DNA from: Candidatus Saccharimonadota bacterium
GTDB lineage: Bacteria; Patescibacteriota; Saccharimonadia; Saccharimonadales; Saccharimonadaceae
Reading direction: 5' to 3'
Assembly (NCBI GenBank): GCA_963927785.1
Contig: CAWVBZ010000001.1
Location: 67,783 to 131,782 of the forward strand
Length of the DNA: 64,000 nucleotides
Within the stretch, counting starts at the first letter, position 1, and the number at the start of each line of letters is the position of its first letter. This document shows, piece by piece, positions 8,648 to 20,156 of the stretch. A program made the translations under genes and the position numbers. Under the pieces are notes generated by a model, which searched no databases, was not told the DNA's origin, and saw only the letters and a list, made by a program, of their open reading frames with translations.

Positions 8648-9733
8648 TTATGATTCGTTATGAGTATTGATGGTGTAGGTTTTAGCTGGGTTCCTGTGTA
8701 ACAGCTTAGTGTTGATAATGTCGAGGCACTTCTGATAGTCCTTGACCAGTAACCGACAGCGTAGGCTGTAGTTACCATATTTATTTTGAACCTTGCGGCC
8801 ATTGGTAATAATGCCGACCTTAATTAAGTCGTTGATAGCCTCCTGGTCAATAGGAATGCAATGATTATTGCAGTAATAGCCGGTGTAAAACTGATAAGGG
8901 ACTTTTCGATCGAGATAGCCGCGGGTTAGAGCCAATCGCACTGCGCTGTCTAGAATTGTCATGTTGTCGCTCTGGTCGCAGTTCCGGATCTCGTAATCTG
9001 TTTGATGTCGTAAATTGTAATCTAATTTACCTAAATCATTGCGCCAAAAGACTGGCTCGACTAGCTTGATATAGGAATCGATTTGTTCGGACTTCTGTCG
9101 GCTGTGGGCGGCACGCACATCGTCGATGAGCTCATGCCAAGCGTATAGTGGCCAAAAATAATCGGGCGTCGCTCCGCCGCGCTTGTTGTCGCTGATATCA
9201 ACGGTCTGTCCCCGATAGTCCAGTGACATCCAATCCTCGTCCTCGTAGATCATATAAATGCCCTGATTACCATCGGTGGTCAACTCGGGGCTTTTTGAGA
9301 AGAAAACATCAACATTGTATGCGTCGCGACTGTTGTAGGAGTGGTATCCATGGTTAAAGACGCTGTGGTAGAACTCGCTACAGTGTTGCTGAAATAGCTG
9401 GGATAATAGGTTGATAGTGGTTGCTTGATCCAACCCGTCGACGCTGTTAGCGTGGTACACTTCCAGGCCCTGCTGGCTCTGGACAACCAGCAGTGCAGCG
9501 TAAGCGTCGCTATAATAATCCAAACCGTTAGCGGCTGGCGTAAGGCGGCTGATGTAGCCATAGATAATCTGGACCGCAGACAGATCTTTAACAAAATCCG
9601 CACTAAGACAGCCATCGGATTGACCAACTGCTGGAAAGTTGCTGGGGTCCTTGCTGTAGTGAATGTGCTTCAGCGACTCAATGTACTCCTGAGCCGTTAT
9701 ATAGTTGGCTGGTTGAGATGTACTACTGTTCAT
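8648..9733 (-). CDS. Hypothetical protein, paralog 3 of tandem family
   Basis: 361-aa ORF; segments QIIYGYI, WPLYAWHEL, LALTRGYL, AINDLIKVGII align by eye with the two upstream ORFs. Confidence 0.75.
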   Translation of the reverse strand: MNSSTSQPANYITAQEYIESLKHIHYSKDPSNFPAVGQSDGCLSADFVKDLSAVQIIYGYISRLTPAANGLDYYSDAYAALLVVQSQQGLEVYHANSVDGLDQATTINLLSQLFQQHCSEFYHSVFNHGYHSYNSRDAYNVDVFFSKSPELTTDGNQGIYMIYEDEDWMSLDYRGQTVDISDNKRGGATPDYFWPLYAWHELIDDVRAAHSRQKSEQIDSYIKLVEPVFWRNDLGKLDYNLRHQTDYEIRNCDQSDNMTILDSAVRLALTRGYLDRKVPYQFYTGYYCNNHCIPIDQEAINDLIKVGIITNGRKVQNKYGNYSLRCRLLVKDYQKCLDIINTKLLHRNPAKTYTINTHNES

Positions 9734-9750
9734 ATTTACTGTCTTACTCC

Positions 9751-11406
9751 CTATTGATGAGCCATATAGACGACGTCATAGTTGTCGTCAGTCTCGGTGG
9801 GATCATTAATGACGCTGTCAACATATTGATTGAGATTAGTACGATATTGCTGAGCGCCGAATAGCAATACCTTGGCAATGAAATTGCGTCGCAGATTATA
9901 CTCGTATGGCACAGTCCACTTGTCGCCGCCCAGATTCAGGGCGCCATAGCCGGTGGCGATAGGTGTAATGGCGTCGTCAAAATTGTAAATACTGACAATC
10001 CAGTCGAAATTGGTCATTAAGTATTTAACGGTTTCACAACGTAACATGGCGATATTAACACGTTCGTCACTACTGTATTGCAGCTGTGCTGGTGTGCTGA
10101 TGGCGAATAGAAAGTCCATATAGCTAGTCAGATAGCCTGCGTCAATAATGTATTTAGTCACGCAGTTGTGAAATAGCGCCATATCACCGTCGGATGGAAA
10201 GAAACCGGCTGGGCCGCTGATGGTTTTGAGTAGGCCACGCAACGAAATGTCGTTAGTGCACTCAGTCAGATATTGCTTGACCGGCTCGCTGGTGGTGCGT
10301 AACAAATAGTCGTGCAATCCATCCACCAGCACATCAATAGTGCGATAGTCCAGCACGGGCATAACCACTTCCCAGTTGGACCGATCGATCAAGTCAAACC
10401 TGATTAGCTTGTCGTCAATGTAGAATTTGTCTATTGTGTCAGCCAAGGCGTCAATGCTGGCCTGCTGGCTATCAATCAGATCGGTGATTTCCTCAGGCGA
10501 ATCCAATAGGCATTCATAGCCAGTGTTCAATGCAGTATTGGTTGATGATTTAGTAATGTCGGTAGCCTCCTTGCTAAGGATACCAAGGCCAATCAAATAG
10601 TTGACGATTGTAGCTGGTGACGTCACAGTGTCTAGCTCGGAATTATCAAAAATATTGCTGTAGTTCGCAATAATGTCGGGGTTGATATAGCCAATAGCCC
10701 AGGCCAACAGGGCGACACGTTGGCGAGCGCTTTGGATGGCTTGATCGCGAGTAGGTCCGACTGAGTACTGCCAATAGGCCTGTTGCATTGTTTGCAGTTG
10801 ATCGTCACTAGTATCCCCCGCAAGATCCTTCAGGGTAATCCAATTACGTAGTGGCTTAATTAGGGCGGTGCTAATGTAGTCCCGGCTATGATTGTAGTAA
10901 AGCAGAGCATCGCATTCGATAATATAGCCATCGTAGTCAATACAGGCGTGCTCGTCGTCCAACTCTTTGACCGTAAATTCAGTGTCATTGGCCGCTACCA
11001 GAATGTCGCCATCATTGACATGGCAATAGCATAACCGATCATCATTTTGGTCACGTACGTCCATAACTAAATCCCGAAAATACTGGACCGCTGAGGCGTC
11101 GTCTGGGCCATTAGCAGTATTTAAAATGTACTTAGTGAGCTTATTGCTGTCCTTAGCCCGGGCATACACCTCAACAATGGAGCCGGTTAAGCGGTATCCG
11201 GTCTGGTTATTAATAGTTGCGTTGGCATTGTCGACAATATGTAGATAAATAATGTTGTCGGGCTGAATTGTCCTGGCCTGCTGGATGGTTAGGCCATAGC
11301 AGTAGTTTGGCATTTGCAGCCCCAAATCGTTGGCTGCGTCGGCTAAGGTGCTATATCTTGTGGGCACCCCTGTCTTAGACTTGCTAGCTGTTGTTTTGTT
11401 TGCCAT
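9751..11406 (-). CDS. Hypothetical protein, paralog 2 of tandem family
   Basis: 551-aa ORF, SD AGGAGG; N-terminal YSTLADAANDLGL (NUMOD1-like). Confidence 0.8.
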   Translation of the reverse strand: MANKTTASKSKTGVPTRYSTLADAANDLGLQMPNYCYGLTIQQARTIQPDNIIYLHIVDNANATINNQTGYRLTGSIVEVYARAKDSNKLTKYILNTANGPDDASAVQYFRDLVMDVRDQNDDRLCYCHVNDGDILVAANDTEFTVKELDDEHACIDYDGYIIECDALLYYNHSRDYISTALIKPLRNWITLKDLAGDTSDDQLQTMQQAYWQYSVGPTRDQAIQSARQRVALLAWAIGYINPDIIANYSNIFDNSELDTVTSPATIVNYLIGLGILSKEATDITKSSTNTALNTGYECLLDSPEEITDLIDSQQASIDALADTIDKFYIDDKLIRFDLIDRSNWEVVMPVLDYRTIDVLVDGLHDYLLRTTSEPVKQYLTECTNDISLRGLLKTISGPAGFFPSDGDMALFHNCVTKYIIDAGYLTSYMDFLFAISTPAQLQYSSDERVNIAMLRCETVKYLMTNFDWIVSIYNFDDAITPIATGYGALNLGGDKWTVPYEYNLRRNFIAKVLLFGAQQYRTNLNQYVDSVINDPTETDDNYDVVYMAHQ

Positions 11407-11470
11407 GTAGCCTCCTCTTTCATCTCTAATTATATACTGATTTCCTAATTGGCAAATATAGTTGGCTTAG

Positions 11471-12421
11471 CTAATCTTGCGGTGGCAACCATCTGCCTCT
11501 ACTTCGGCAAAATGCAGTAATTTGTTCGCCCGTTATACCAATAAATGGGTATCTATTGTTGTCTGGATTGCTATCGTTGCTATTGAGTGGATTCCTGCCA
11601 ATGATGCCAAGACTAATCAGATTTCTTATAACGGAGTCTGGGCCATAAACTGTTAGATCGAGATTATCGTTATTATCGTAAATGTTGCTCAACTTGCTCA
11701 GCGCTGCCTTGCTGAGGTATCCAAGCGCTTGAGCCAGACTGGCTGCCCGATAATGCACATCGGTTAGATCGGCCTTGCGGCCAGTGTTTAGCCCGCCAGA
11801 GTATTTCCAGAAAGCATCTGCAGCGGCCTTGATCTGACTCGGCTTGATCAGTTTCTTTAGCTCGGTCCAACGTTGCCATGGGTCAATGGCTACTGTGGCG
11901 TATAAGCCGTCCTTTGCCCCGTCGCATTCAATGAGATATTTACCGGCGTAGGTAAAACAGGTATGACCGGCTATCATTCTCACTGCAAACTGACCGTCGC
12001 TTTCCTTTTTGAAGAATAAGTCTAAATGGCCCGCGCGACAGTACCATAGAGTGTTGCCACTGAACCAATTGGCTATTTCTACTGTTTTGAAATAAATGAC
12101 GCGCTGTTGTTGGTCGTTGCGATATGTATCAACATCCATTTTCTTGAGCTGGTTGTCTTGGAGGTAATACAGACGAGCACGTCCATAAAAACCGGCATAG
12201 CCAGACATTGTGTTGTAATTGATGAAGCCCTGGCTGTTTATTTGTATATAAATAATTTGTGATTTATCTATTTGCTCAAAGGCACTCACTGTTATGGGGC
12301 TAACGTCTTCTGGCGCCATTAGCCCTAAATCTTTAGCAGCCTCCTCTACTGATTCGTATGAATGGCAATTATCTGCTTCAGCATTCTTATTTGCAAACCG
12401 CCCGTTAGATCTTTGACTCAT
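11471..12421 (-). CDS. Hypothetical protein, paralog 1 of tandem family
   Basis: 316-aa ORF; N-terminal YESVEEAAKDLGL (NUMOD1-like); colinear similarity to 9751..11406. Confidence 0.8.
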   Translation of the reverse strand: MSQRSNGRFANKNAEADNCHSYESVEEAAKDLGLMAPEDVSPITVSAFEQIDKSQIIYIQINSQGFINYNTMSGYAGFYGRARLYYLQDNQLKKMDVDTYRNDQQQRVIYFKTVEIANWFSGNTLWYCRAGHLDLFFKKESDGQFAVRMIAGHTCFTYAGKYLIECDGAKDGLYATVAIDPWQRWTELKKLIKPSQIKAAADAFWKYSGGLNTGRKADLTDVHYRAASLAQALGYLSKAALSKLSNIYDNNDNLDLTVYGPDSVIRNLISLGIIGRNPLNSNDSNPDNNRYPFIGITGEQITAFCRSRGRWLPPQD

Positions 12422-12456
12422 CTCGTTATTTATTATAGCTGCTATGCTTCGTGAAG

Positions 12457-15339
12457 TTATAAGAATAGTCTTCCCTGCCCGGTTGAGGTGGTTTCAACAT
12501 GCTTTAATTCAAAATAGTTGAGAATATCGTGCATGGTGGCATTGCGATTCTTCCAATCGTAGAACGTTTCATCCCCGACAATAACATAATGCCAGGTATA
12601 GTTCTGGCGCTTGTCGGCTGGTAGTGCATTGATGCGGTTTACCCAATGGATAGCAGCTTTCTTCTTCCTTAAGACGTCAACTTGTTGGAGTTGATTTTGT
12701 GCTTTGGTTTCTACCATGTAAATATCATTGACTATGCGGACAAAGAAGTCAGGGATATAGCTTGATGGTAGGCCGTCATTACGAACATAGCGAAGTCTGA
12801 CAAAGGTATGCTTACTCTCGATAACTTTTGCTACGGCATCTACTTCGCCGTCATGATCGGCGAACAGCAAAAAGTCGCGTTCGAAGCCGCCTTTGTTTTT
12901 TGGATAAGGTGTCAGTTCATAGATGTTTTTAGCCAAGTTAACGGAATAGTTTTCGCGAACAAGTAGACTGTCAATACTGGATAATGGCGTAAAATGGACG
13001 CTGACATTTCCGGTGGTTTCCATATGTTCTTGTGCGCCGACGATTAGTCCACTAATCTGTTTTACTATATGGTTAATGACGCCTGATATAAGCAGTACAT
13101 TATACGCCAGTTTGTCGTTTTGCGGATTAATCGTTTGGCCAAATAAGTAGTTGCGAATGTAGTTGTCAACTATACCAGTAACTTGAGATAAGTTGATAGC
13201 TAGTGCGGGGTATCGTTGTTGCTTGTTGTCTGGCTGATACAAACTATTGACGATACGATTGACGAGTCTGGCTAGATAGTCATTGTAGCTAGTTGATTGG
13301 AATATGTTGTTGCTCACTACAAAATCGCCAATCGTGGTATGTGATGTTGCTTCGCGAGTAATCCATCGGTCGTTGGTTGGGGCTATCTTTTCTAATTCAT
13401 CTAATGCCATTGGATATTGACGTAGTGAGCTAATGTTCGCTCGAATATCTGGCATGGTTTGTTCCCCTTCGCTAATAATTGTTGGAAAGTAGAAATCGTA
13501 TTGTTGATAATTATCCTTTAAACTAACCCTCTTAAAGTCGTTGATGATATCCTCATTCTCTTTGCTGGTGTCAGCAAAATCGGCAACTGTGCCATCGGCA
13601 ATAAGCTCGTCGTAGAATTGACGAAAGGCTGGATGCTCCACGATGCTCAGAATGTCGAAGAAACTTTGCGGTTGTTTGTGCTCCATAAAGATTCTCCGAC
13701 GGTCGTCAGCTTTCATTTGGTCGATCTCTGGGTCGCCTCGCCACATTAACCTTAGACCACGACCAATAGTCTGTTCCAATAGAATTCCTGACTGGGTTGA
13801 GCGCAACGGTACAATAACGCAAATATTATTAACATCAAAGCCCTCGCGAAGCATTAAGACGGATATGACAACTTTGGGGCTGTCGTGTTGGTCTAGCGAC
13901 GATAGCTTTAATTTAATATTATTCCACTCCTCTTCGCCGACTTCGCCCTTTTTATTGCTGTGAATTTCCAGAATGTCATCATCAGATAAGCCTTCTTGGA
14001 TTAAAAAGTCGTGCACATGGCCAACAACTTCAGTCTCCTCGCACATAATCATCATCTTGGGTGATTTATTGGGCTGTCCCAACTGGGCAAAACTATCTTC
14101 CAGGAGTTTGAGCTTAGCCAATCCGGCTCTTAGCATGGTGCGTTGCCCATCAGATATGTCAATAATATGTCCGTTTTCGCGAATTGCACGAAAATCCAGT
14201 TCCTCAGTGTTGAGCTCCTTGCGCTCGTCGAGAGCTATAGTTTTTACTAGACCTGACTGGATGGCGGTTCTTAAGTTAAAATCGATGACGATATGTGGAA
14301 AGTAAATTTTGCCTTTACCCTGCTCCATGTATGGCGTGGCTGAGAAGTCCACTTGCATGTATTTGCTTGGCACTTTTCCGTCGGCTATATAACGCAAACT
14401 CTTTTGCCACTCTACCTCGCCAACTCGCTCGCCTCGCTTCTGGGTGCCGTGAATGTGGTGTGCCTCGTCATTAATAACCATAAGATTATCTAGATCGTGC
14501 AAATATTCTAGAGCTTGCTTATTGCTAGATCCGCCGTCCAAAACGTCTAGACTATTACCAGCGGTTGTTCCTGGTCTAACTGGTAGACTATAGCTAGAGA
14601 TCTCACCTGGTCTGTCGCTCTCCTCGTCTTTGTCAACCATTAACAAATGGTAGTTAGTAATAGCCAACAAGCCATCGCCAGTTACTTTATTGCCGATCTC
14701 CTCCTTTCGAACAACGCATGAGTTAAGAAATCCAAAAACTTCTTGGCGATACTCTTCTGGGATAAACAGCTCCTGATTTTTGTACAAATCACCAGTATTA
14801 ATATCTCTAGTAGTACCATCGTCGCTGAGCTTGCCTTTGAAGGCATCCAGCAGTCGTTCGTAGACGATGAGCCCGGGTGCTACTAACAGAAAATTGCGAG
14901 TGTAGTTACCCGGCTCGTTGTGCCTAGCATTAAGATATTGCCATAGTAGTAGGGCTTCTAATACCCATGTTTTGCCTGTCCCAGTGGCCATTTTGACGGC
15001 ATATTTGGGGTGGTTGTATATTTCGTCGCTAAAACGTTCTAGATTAATCTGTCCCTTTGCAACCAATAAATCCGGGCTGATATGTTCATAAATATCGCGA
15101 ACGTTCTGGCAATGCATGACATCGTGCAGATAAATGATATTTTTGATTGCTTGGCACTGCCCGGCGTGAAAGTTGACTTGGCGTTGCTCGCAAAAGCTGT
15201 TGCCAAACCAGTATGTCAACAAATTGCGAGTTGTTGGCGTAACGCTGGCCAGAAAGCTGCCCTCTTCCCAGGCGTCGTTAACACGATTTGTAATCAGTTT
15301 AGCTAGTTCTAATGGCGGATATTGATTGAATGAACTCAT
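12457..15339 (-). CDS. res: Type III restriction enzyme Res subunit (SF2 helicase plus PD-(D/E)xK nuclease)
   Basis: KMATGTGKT (Walker A), [22 protein letters not shown]-terminal YIPDF...VETK; overlaps the mod stop. Confidence 0.9.
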   Translation of the reverse strand: MSSFNQYPPLELAKLITNRVNDAWEEGSFLASVTPTTRNLLTYWFGNSFCEQRQVNFHAGQCQAIKNIIYLHDVMHCQNVRDIYEHISPDLLVAKGQINLERFSDEIYNHPKYAVKMATGTGKTWVLEALLLWQYLNARHNEPGNYTRNFLLVAPGLIVYERLLDAFKGKLSDDGTTRDINTGDLYKNQELFIPEEYRQEVFGFLNSCVVRKEEIGNKVTGDGLLAITNYHLLMVDKDEESDRPGEISSYSLPVRPGTTAGNSLDVLDGGSSNKQALEYLHDLDNLMVINDEAHHIHGTQKRGERVGEVEWQKSLRYIADGKVPSKYMQVDFSATPYMEQGKGKIYFPHIVIDFNLRTAIQSGLVKTIALDERKELNTEELDFRAIRENGHIIDISDGQRTMLRAGLAKLKLLEDSFAQLGQPNKSPKMMIMCEETEVVGHVHDFLIQEGLSDDDILEIHSNKKGEVGEEEWNNIKLKLSSLDQHDSPKVVISVLMLREGFDVNNICVIVPLRSTQSGILLEQTIGRGLRLMWRGDPEIDQMKADDRRRIFMEHKQPQSFFDILSIVEHPAFRQFYDELIADGTVADFADTSKENEDIINDFKRVSLKDNYQQYDFYFPTIISEGEQTMPDIRANISSLRQYPMALDELEKIAPTNDRWITREATSHTTIGDFVVSNNIFQSTSYNDYLARLVNRIVNSLYQPDNKQQRYPALAINLSQVTGIVDNYIRNYLFGQTINPQNDKLAYNVLLISGVINHIVKQISGLIVGAQEHMETTGNVSVHFTPLSSIDSLLVRENYSVNLAKNIYELTPYPKNKGGFERDFLLFADHDGEVDAVAKVIESKHTFVRLRYVRNDGLPSSYIPDFFVRIVNDIYMVETKAQNQLQQVDVLRKKKAAIHWVNRINALPADKRQNYTWHYVIVGDETFYDWKNRNATMHDILNYFELKHVETTSTGQGRLFL

Positions 15340-17308
15340 AGATTTACCTCTCGGATTACTTCGCTCTCTTGGCCGAAGACGTCAACAGCTCGAACAGCGA
15401 TGCGTCGCTTTTGTTTATGCGTAACTGGCAAGGTGGTTTTAGCGGCTACTCTTAGCGGGTCATTGTCACCATTACCGGTATTGCCACGATAATCTTGCCA
15501 GACACTACGGAAGGTGGCGCCATCATAATCTGGGTCTATACTCCAATATTCAATTAGGGCTAGTGGATCGTGGCCGATAACTTCATTAACTTTAGCTCGG
15601 TTTTTGTCGTCTAGTGGTAGGCTGTCGCCGCTAATAATAACGTAGTTGTCCAGCTCAACTGTAAGTCTGTCCGGCTGACCGGGCTCGCCCAGTGTTATTT
15701 CGGGTTGCTTAATAGTCAGGTATTGTAGGCTACTAAAACGAATCGGCGTTGTGATGGTACCGTCGGATTGAACGGCCACTTGACTGCTGAGCTTTTTAAA
15801 GCTGTTTTTACTCTTAATCTGATCTAACAAATCTGGCGGAATAACCAACAGATCTAGCTGACCATTGATTATTTGATTTTTGTAAATTTCCATAATCTCA
15901 CTGATGCGACTATCGAAGTTCCAGCCCAAAACAACTACCTTACGATAACCGCCCAGGGTATTCTCGCGAGCGTCGATAGCTTGGTCTATGATGTACTTGT
16001 TGACTACTTGTGACGGACTAGCTACCATCACTAAAGTTTTATTACCTGGCAATGTCCCTAAATTACGTCGCGGACATTCCTCAACTGATAGCGGTAACGC
16101 TCCATATAATTTTAGAACGATCTCATTTAGATCACCGATTCGATAGCGACTGCCCATGGTACTGGTTAGCTGTTCGCGCTGGTAATCGCCAATGGACTGA
16201 TACAGAAATGGTTGAGCATTATTGTCGATTAGACGTTTGCGCATAATCATGGTGGCAGGTTTGCCAATATCACTAGTAATCCATCGACGTCCTAGCTTCT
16301 CGGCAACAGCTGCAGTTGTGCCAGACCCGCCAAAGAAGTCAGCGACAATTGACCCTTCATTTGATGACGCTTCGATGATGCGCTCGAGCAGTTTTTCTGG
16401 TTTTTGGGTGGCATATCCTACTACCTCTGGGTTCCAGCCAGTAACCGTTGGGATATCTGTCCACCAATCAGTTATTGGCGTCCCTCTACTGAGGTCTAGA
16501 TCTTTTGCTTGCCCGCTAGCGTTATTTGTGCTACTTTTGCCAACGCTTTGTGTATTTTCCTTGTATGGACGATATGAAATGTGAAATACGTATTCTGATG
16601 ATTTTGCATATCTGAGTAGAATATCGTGCTTTCTCGGATAATCGGTCCTGGGAGTAGCGCCCCCATTGTATGTCCACACGATTTCGTTTCTTAATTTATC
16701 TTTCCCGAAAATGTCGTCCAGAATGACTCGCACATATGAGTCAACGTGCCAATCGACGTGAACATATAGCGTCCCCTGTTCGCTCAATAATTCTCGCATT
16801 AATACTAGTCGTGGATACATGTAGCGTAAATAGGCTAGTGTGCCACGAACCTCGACTTTGTTGTCGCCATGGCCTAGCTCCCCGCTCCAGGTGTCGGCAT
16901 AGGCAAACTGTTCCAAAATGGTAGGCTTCTGCTCGATATCCGCGCCTGGCAGGACAATTTTGGTTCGATAATCAGCCTTACTATCATATGGTGGATCAAT
17001 GTAAATTAAGTCAATCCTGCCACGCATACTGGGTAGGCTGCTAGCTTCATCGCCGGCCAGTAATGCTTGCATGGCCAATAAATTATCGCCGTAAATTAGG
17101 CGATTATGCCAATCTAAGCTGTGGGGGGGGTATTTTCAGTATTGGCCCTAATTGCTAACTGAGCCTGCTCTGAATTTGGATAAACCAACTCGTTTGTCTG
17201 TAGTGATATCCGCGAGCTGTTACTCAGCCCGTCCAGAATGCGTTTAGCCTCCCTGCGACCTTCTTTAACTACTTCTGGTAGCATATCAATAATACTTGTG
17301 CCTGCCAT
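15336..17308 (-). pseudogene. mod: Type III adenine methyltransferase Mod, split by a 1-nt frameshift in a C8 tract (OFF phase as sequenced)
   Basis: DPPY and DFFGGSGTT motifs; N-terminal ORF 17114..17308 has SD AAGGAG and joins the [16 protein letters not shown] frame if the tract is C9 or C6; C9 gives 657 aa. Confidence 0.85.
17123..17130 (-). repeat. Homopolymer C8 (G8 on +) simple sequence repeat at the mod frameshift
   Basis: GGGGGGGG at 17123-17130, exactly at the frame junction. Confidence 0.9.
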
Positions 17309-17385
17309 CTTCTTCTCCTTATTGTCTACTGTTTATATTATCACAAAGATCGAAGCCATTATTTTGGCGGTATAATCAGATTATT

Positions 17386-18279
17386 ATGGATGCGCAGCCG
17401 GACGATTATTATTATGATCAGTCATTTCGCGAATTGATGGATATTGAAGAGCGACTATCGCTAGACGACATTATTGATAGCGATAATCTGAATATTGATT
17501 TGATCCGAAAGTTTGCCAAAATTGTGGATGCTCGCTTTGAGGAGCAAAATGACACCATCGATCATCTACTATCGCGCATCGACAAACTCGAATATGTTAA
17601 CAAGAAGTTGGCTAGTCAACTAAATGATATTAAACGTAAAGATTCCGTTAAAAGTATCAAGATCGAGACTGATGATGTATCGACAGACAGCTTCGTCGTG
17701 CCAGTTCGAGTTAATGATGATGTGGCGATTAACCAACAGAAATTGACGGAGTTTTTGCAGACTCATAAATATATTCGGATTCTAATGCTGTCAGTCTACT
17801 ACCGGGGTAAACCGTGGTGGATTAACCTGATCGTCGATGGCTACAATGATCATCTCATAGCTGGCCGAGTGTCGAGCAATACTGAAACGCATAGTTTTAT
17901 GAGAGATCAGATTATTGGTTTTAGTGAATGTTCCGAGGAGTATATTAGCTCCATTGAGGCCAATGGGTATCAATCTAAGCAGTCGGTTGACGTTGGCGAT
18001 ACGGTTCAATGTGAGGTAACAATGTCGACTGGCGAGATAATTAATCGCACTATAACCATTGTGCCTGCTACTTATAAATATATTTATAATGGAGTTTCCC
18101 GGGATGTCGCTAGTGGTCCAATTAAAAAAGCTACATATGAAATCGATGTGGATAATGGCGAAATAAGCAATGAGTCGTTGGTTGGCAAATCATTACTTAA
18201 CCGCCACGTTGGAGACGTCGTTGTTGTGTATGGTAAAAATAGCCACGAGTTTAGATATAAGATAAAGCGAATTGGCTAA
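17386..18279 (+). CDS. Protein with N-terminal coiled coil and C-terminal GreA/GreB-like domain
   Basis: C-terminus ISNESLVGKSLLNRHVGDVVVV resembles GreA ISxxSPLGxALLGxxVGD; start chosen at ATG 17386, just downstream of TATAAT at 17371. Confidence 0.6.
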   Translation: MDAQPDDYYYDQSFRELMDIEERLSLDDIIDSDNLNIDLIRKFAKIVDARFEEQNDTIDHLLSRIDKLEYVNKKLASQLNDIKRKDSVKSIKIETDDVSTDSFVVPVRVNDDVAINQQKLTEFLQTHKYIRILMLSVYYRGKPWWINLIVDGYNDHLIAGRVSSNTETHSFMRDQIIGFSECSEEYISSIEANGYQSKQSVDVGDTVQCEVTMSTGEIINRTITIVPATYKYIYNGVSRDVASGPIKKATYEIDVDNGEISNESLVGKSLLNRHVGDVVVVYGKNSHEFRYKIKRIG

Positions 18280-18350
18280 CTGTAGTCAGTCACTAGCAGC
18301 AAAGTGCTACAATTAAGTCATTGCACTATCTGTAATGTTCTTTCTATTCT

Positions 18351-18584
18351 TTGGGGGGTATGGCTATGGCTGAACACTATGCAATCCGTACTGGCGTGGG
18401 TCGTGATTGGGAAGGTCGAGAACGTGCCTTTGTGGCACTGGATGTCCGTTATGGTGACAACTACTTCTACCAGGAGCGAGAGCGATGGTGGTTTGACCTT
18501 TTAGAACCGAATGCGAGCGGGCAAGTTGATCCGAATATGCGCGCTAAGATCCGCGAACTAATGGAGCAGTATTTTGTCAAATGA
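18351..18584 (+). CDS. Small hypothetical protein
   Basis: Protein-like 77-aa ORF followed by hairpin GAGGCTTCGTC/GGCGAAGCCTC. Confidence 0.5.
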   Translation: MGGMAMAEHYAIRTGVGRDWEGRERAFVALDVRYGDNYFYQERERWWFDLLEPNASGQVDPNMRAKIRELMEQYFVK

Positions 18585-18717
18585 TTGGCTCGTCGGTCTG
18601 TTGTCGCCCTCAGTTTCGAGGCTTCGTCATTGCGGCGAAGCCTCTGTCTGTAGATGGATTATGGTAATTTTGCCTATTGGCTATCGTGTAAAATAAATAT
18701 ATAAACAAGGAGGATTT

Positions 18718-19154
18718 ATGGCGTATTCGGACATTCTAAAGACTCGTCGGTCGATTTACATTCTGAACGACGATCTGCCAGTCAGCTTCAATGAAGTTGC
18801 CGACCGAATCAGGGAGACTATCTCCCTATCCCCAACGGCCTTTATGATGCAGGACATTCACGCCATTGTTTTGACCGGGGATAACCACAAGAAGTTGTGG
18901 AACCGGATTGTTCATGATACCTTGCAAAAGATTGTGCCACCCGAGCCATTTAAACGAACTGAGGTCAAGCTGCAGACCTTTAGCAAAGCCTATGGTACAA
19001 TCCTGCTGTTGCGCGATTTAGACGCTGTTGAACAGATGAAAAAAGACTACGCTACCTACGCCGACGAGATGTATAGCTGGTCTTTGGTGGCATTGTGAGT
19101 CGCCCTGGCGACAAAGAGCGCAAATCTGGCGATGAACTGGTCGAGATCAAATAA
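18718..19154 (+). pseudogene. Nitroreductase-family (Frm2/Hbn1-like) gene with internal out-of-frame deletion
   Basis: N-terminus KTRRSIY...SPTAF...AYGTIL; the expected C-terminus FGGIVSRPGDKERKSGDELVEIK* follows YSWS in another frame. Confidence 0.75.
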
Positions 19155-19249
19155 GTTGTTGATATTAACCAAGTATTGGATAAACGAAAAGTCCGCCAGG
19201 AAACTGGCGGACTTGCTTTGTTGGAGGGGTTGCGCCGACGATGGATGGA

Positions 19250-19648
19250 CTATCCAGCTTTGCGAGTCTGGCAGATGGCGATGACCGTGTAGCCGTCCTT
19301 GGGATCGACAACAATGCCGATTTTGGCGCCCCACATACCGGCAATGCCTCCATCTCGACGTTTGGCTGCCAGGTAGAACAGTTCGATGTCTTTTAGTCCT
19401 AATTTGACCGAGTAATCGAACGTCGTACCTTGACTCTTGAAGCTGTAGCCAGCTTCGCGCGGGTTGGTCTTGGATAGGCCGATAACGACAAAGGACTGTC
19501 CTTGTGAGTACTCAAAGCCTTGATCGACGTGGCTTACCCAGACGTCGTGATAGCAACCTGGGTCGGTCGCCACGGCATTAATGGCCTTAGCCATGACATC
19601 GACGCCTCCAATGAGGACAGGCGTTAAATTAACGCTCATTTTCCTCAC
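19250..19648 (-). CDS. Hypothetical protein
   Basis: 132-aa ORF with SD GAGGAG. Confidence 0.65.
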   Translation of the reverse strand: MRKMSVNLTPVLIGGVDVMAKAINAVATDPGCYHDVWVSHVDQGFEYSQGQSFVVIGLSKTNPREAGYSFKSQGTTFDYSVKLGLKDIELFYLAAKRRDGGIAGMWGAKIGIVVDPKDGYTVIAICQTRKAG

Positions 19649-19787
19649 TCTCCTCTAAAACGGCCGGTGCTATTCCGGCAATTTGACATAGCATCTATTA
19701 TGCTACATCAAATTGCTAGCACCGGTCAATTTTAGCTAGATAATTACTTATTGTTTGTCGACATTAATAGCCTGATCAAACTCATCT

Positions 19788-20108
19788 TTAGTCATTGTAA
19801 ACCTCCTTAGCAATGCGAAATGCTGCCCAAGCGTTGGGTCAGCCAGCATAAAAAGCGACATGGGTGATTAATTCAGCCATCTCTTCCTTAGTGACGCCAT
19901 TAGTCTTGGCTGTGTTCATGTGAGCAACCAGGCTGGAATCGGTAATACCCTTACTGATTAGTGACGTAACGGTGATAATCGAGCGGGTTTTGAGATCGAG
20001 CTTGTCCTCTCTGCTCCAGACTTCGCCAAATAGTACGTCGTCGTTTAGCTCAGCAAATTTAGGCGCAAAATCGCCTAGCTGATCACGACCGGCAGTTTGC
20101 TTGACCAT
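19788..20108 (-). pseudogene. Carboxymuconolactone decarboxylase (CMD/AhpD-like) family gene with nonsense mutation
   Basis: MVKQTAGRDQLGDFAPKFAELNDDVLFGEVW...AFYAG*PNAWAAFRIAKEVYND; TGA stands at the usual YAGWP tryptophan. Confidence 0.85.
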
Positions 20109-20156
20109 CTTTACCTCCCTTCTTTAAATATAGTGATATTATATCCAGCTGGAGTT

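Noticed and set aside
19839-19841. In-frame TGA at a conserved Trp, suggesting genetic code 4 or 25
   Set aside because: Many intact genes here end in TGA, long genes contain no in-frame TGA, and neighbouring genes are also broken; a simple nonsense mutation explains it
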